NCBI RefSeq assembly: GCF_001194135.2
Contig: NC_068987.1
Coordinates: 52,107,532 to 52,147,617 of the forward strand
Length of the DNA: 40,086 nucleotides
DNA from: Octopus bimaculoides
Lineage: Eukaryota
Direction: 5' to 3'
The notes beneath the pieces were generated by a model. The model was given only the letters and a program-made list of their open reading frames with translations, was not told where the DNA came from and made no database searches. Shown in pieces: positions 37,761 through 40,086 of the stretch (its first letter is position 1; every line of letters begins with the position of its first letter). The position numbers and the translations under genes are program-made.

Positions 37761-38259
37761 ATATATATATATATATATATACACACAGACACACACAGAT
37801 ATACATGCATTCATACATAGCTAAGCATATGTGCATGTATGATCTACATATATATGTCGTATGCCATTTCTCCTGTATGTAACACACCACACCTACACAG
37901 ATAGATTACATCAAAACACGTGCTGCACTCGCGCAGTTTGAAAAGATATAACGAAAACATAATATCAGAAACAGAGAAAATCAGTGGTAGATATAGTTGC
38001 TACATAAAACATTGTGCGCGTGTGTGGGTGTGTGAGTGGGTGTGCGTGCGTATATATGTATAGTTCTGTTCTGTCCCATCAATGTGTGTGCAAGTTCTCT
38101 TGTCTGTGTGTCGGAAGACAGCCTCGGCTGAAATATTCCCTTTGAATCCTGTAAAAGAATCTTCTAGCTCGCTATGTTTGTCAACAGGTTCCATCACACA
38201 CTTTCTTATCGGACTGTTTCACCTGCTGCTATGGGAAATATATAGCTATCAACTTGCCG

Positions 38260-38578
38260 ACCACGACATCGACGACGATGACGATGACGGAGACTTTTGC
38301 GACAGCCACCATCAGCGTCTTCCACACTTCCACCTTAAAAAGAGAAATCATCACAATTGCCAACACCATACTATCGCCTTTGTCGCTACCACTACCATCA
38401 CCACCAGCACCAGCACCAGGAGCAGCGGCAGCAGCAGCGGCAGCAGCAGCAGCACCACCACCACCACCATTACCACCGTGACCATCATGGTCACTATCGT
38501 CATCAATATCATCATCATTGTCGCCGTTGTCGTGGTCGTCGTCGTCATCGTCATCGTCATCATCATAATCATCATCAT

Positions 38579-38631
<53 letters not shown>

Positions 38632-38632
38632 C
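38260..38632. repeat. GC-rich compound trinucleotide region (GAC/GAT, CAC, CAG, GTC, CAT)
   Basis: Direct reading; it creates overlapping homopolymer ORFs on both strands. Confidence 0.9.
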
Positions 38633-38805
38633 GATTCATTTTTGTTTCAGAGTAGTCCAGACAGAGATCGACTGCGTATTTCTATACTGGATCCATTAGA
38701 AATAGCTGCTGTATCATAATCAAATTATATATCTTAACATTTTTTTTACGTCTTGTTATAAACAAAAACGTATTAGACACATCGAGTAACATAGGCTTAG
38801 GAACA

Positions 38806-39079
38806 NNNNNNNNNNNNNNNNNNNNNNNNNNNNNNNNNNNNNNNNNNNNNNNNNNNNNNNNNNNNNNNNNNNNNNNNNNNNNNNNNNNNNNNNNNNNNNN
38901 NNNNNNNNNNNNNNNNNNNNNNNNNNNNNNNNNNNNNNNNNNNNNNNNNNNNNNNNNNNNNNNNNNNNNNNNNNNNNNNNNNNNNNNNNNNNNNNNNNNN
39001 NNNNNNNNNNNNNNNNNNNNNNNNNNNNNNNNNNNNNNNNNNNNNNNNNNNNNNNNNNNNNNNNNNNNNNNNNNNNNNN
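38806..39079. other. Assembly gap (N)
   Basis: Run of N. Confidence 1.
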
Positions 39080-39340
39080 CTAATAATTCTGAACGCAAAA
39101 GAAGAGATCAAGGGAGGTAGCAATTGCTACTTCGATAAGTTGTGGCAGAGACAGTAGCTACAAGTCCGGTAACTCTGACAACAAGCATAATAACAACAAG
39201 TGCAACGGACGCTGCGGTAGCTACGCAACTGAAGCGGCAGCAGGAGCCGCAACGGTTAGAAAAACACTAAATGCAGCAATATCCTTAATAATGATTGCAA
39301 CCACAGCGATAACAGCAGCAACCCCACCACCAATAATAAT

Positions 39341-39553
39341 CCTTTCTACTAAAGGTACAAGACATGAAGATTTGGGGGAGGGGTCTAGTCGATTACATCG
39401 ACCACAATGCATCACTGGTATTTAATTTATCGACTTCGAAAGGATGGAAGGCAATGTTGACCTCGGCATAATTTGAACTTAGAACGTAAGAACGGACCAA
39501 ATATCGCTAAGCATTTTCTATGGGGGAGGGGGCAATCGATTCTGCCAGCTCGC
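39341..39553 (-). mobile_element. SINE family A (TAGTAGAAAGG-end subfamily)
   Basis: CCTTTCTACTAAAGGTACAAG..TTTGGGGGAGGGG..GTCGATTACATCGACC..GACCTCGGCATAATTTGAAC..TTCTGCCAGCTCGC. Confidence 0.9.
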
Positions 39554-39574
39554 AATAATAATGATAATAATAAT

Positions 39575-39744
39575 GGTCTAAAATTTTTCCACAAGGACAG
39601 CAATTTTGTACTTATTTTATCTATCCCGAAAGGTTGAAAGGTAAAGTCTACTTCAGCGGAATTTGAACTCAGTACGTAGCGACGGGCGAAATACCACTAA
39701 GTATTTCGTCCAGCGTCCTAGCGACTATGCCAGCTCACCGCCTT
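39575..39744 (-). mobile_element. SINE family A (TTTGAAACC-end subfamily), internally deleted
   Basis: GGTCTAAAATTTTTCCACAAGG..GTACTTATTTTATC..GCGGAATTTGAACTCAG..GCCAGCTCACCGCCTT. Confidence 0.85.
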
Positions 39745-39760
39745 AATAATAATAATAAGG

Positions 39761-39805
<45 letters not shown>

Positions 39806-39850
39806 GTAATGTTGATAATAATAATAATAATAATGATAATGGTAATGATG

Positions 39851-39947
<97 letters not shown>

Positions 39948-40000
39948 TATTAATAACAACAACAACAGCAACAACTACAACAGTAGTAATGGTAATAATC
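39745..40000. repeat. Long (AAT)n microsatellite
   Basis: Direct reading. Confidence 0.95.
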
Positions 40001-40086
40001 ATAAAAACTGTTTTCAGTATTTAAGGAAGCTGACAAATACAAACAAGAAATCATACTACATAATAAATACGAAGAAGAAGAAGAAG

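Overview
AT-rich, repeat-dense eukaryotic scaffold with seven N gaps, not a prokaryotic locus. The SINE families and very abundant (AAT)n/(TA)n/(CA)n microsatellites resemble an octopus (coleoid cephalopod) genome; this is recognised from memory, not checked by a search. I found no intact host protein-coding gene, tRNA/rRNA gene or CRISPR array, and most ORF-track entries are microsatellite or N-gap artefacts. Supported content: (1) six decayed fragments of R4/Dong-like RLE non-LTR retrotransposons (1-3300 and 10400-11250), most adjoining TAA repeats; (2) an apparently complete but pseudogenised 2248-bp Chapaev3-like DNA transposon with CAC..GTG ends and a TTA duplication (17749-19996); (3) about 15 tRNA-derived SINE copies from three families; (4) a 155-bp-arm inverted repeat, a Helentron-like hairpin element with 142-bp subrepeats and a 27-bp minisatellite. 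The most interesting pattern is that LINE fragments and one SINE family share TAA tracts in opposite orientations. A few possible exons are listed at low confidence. I cannot support a new protein-coding system here.
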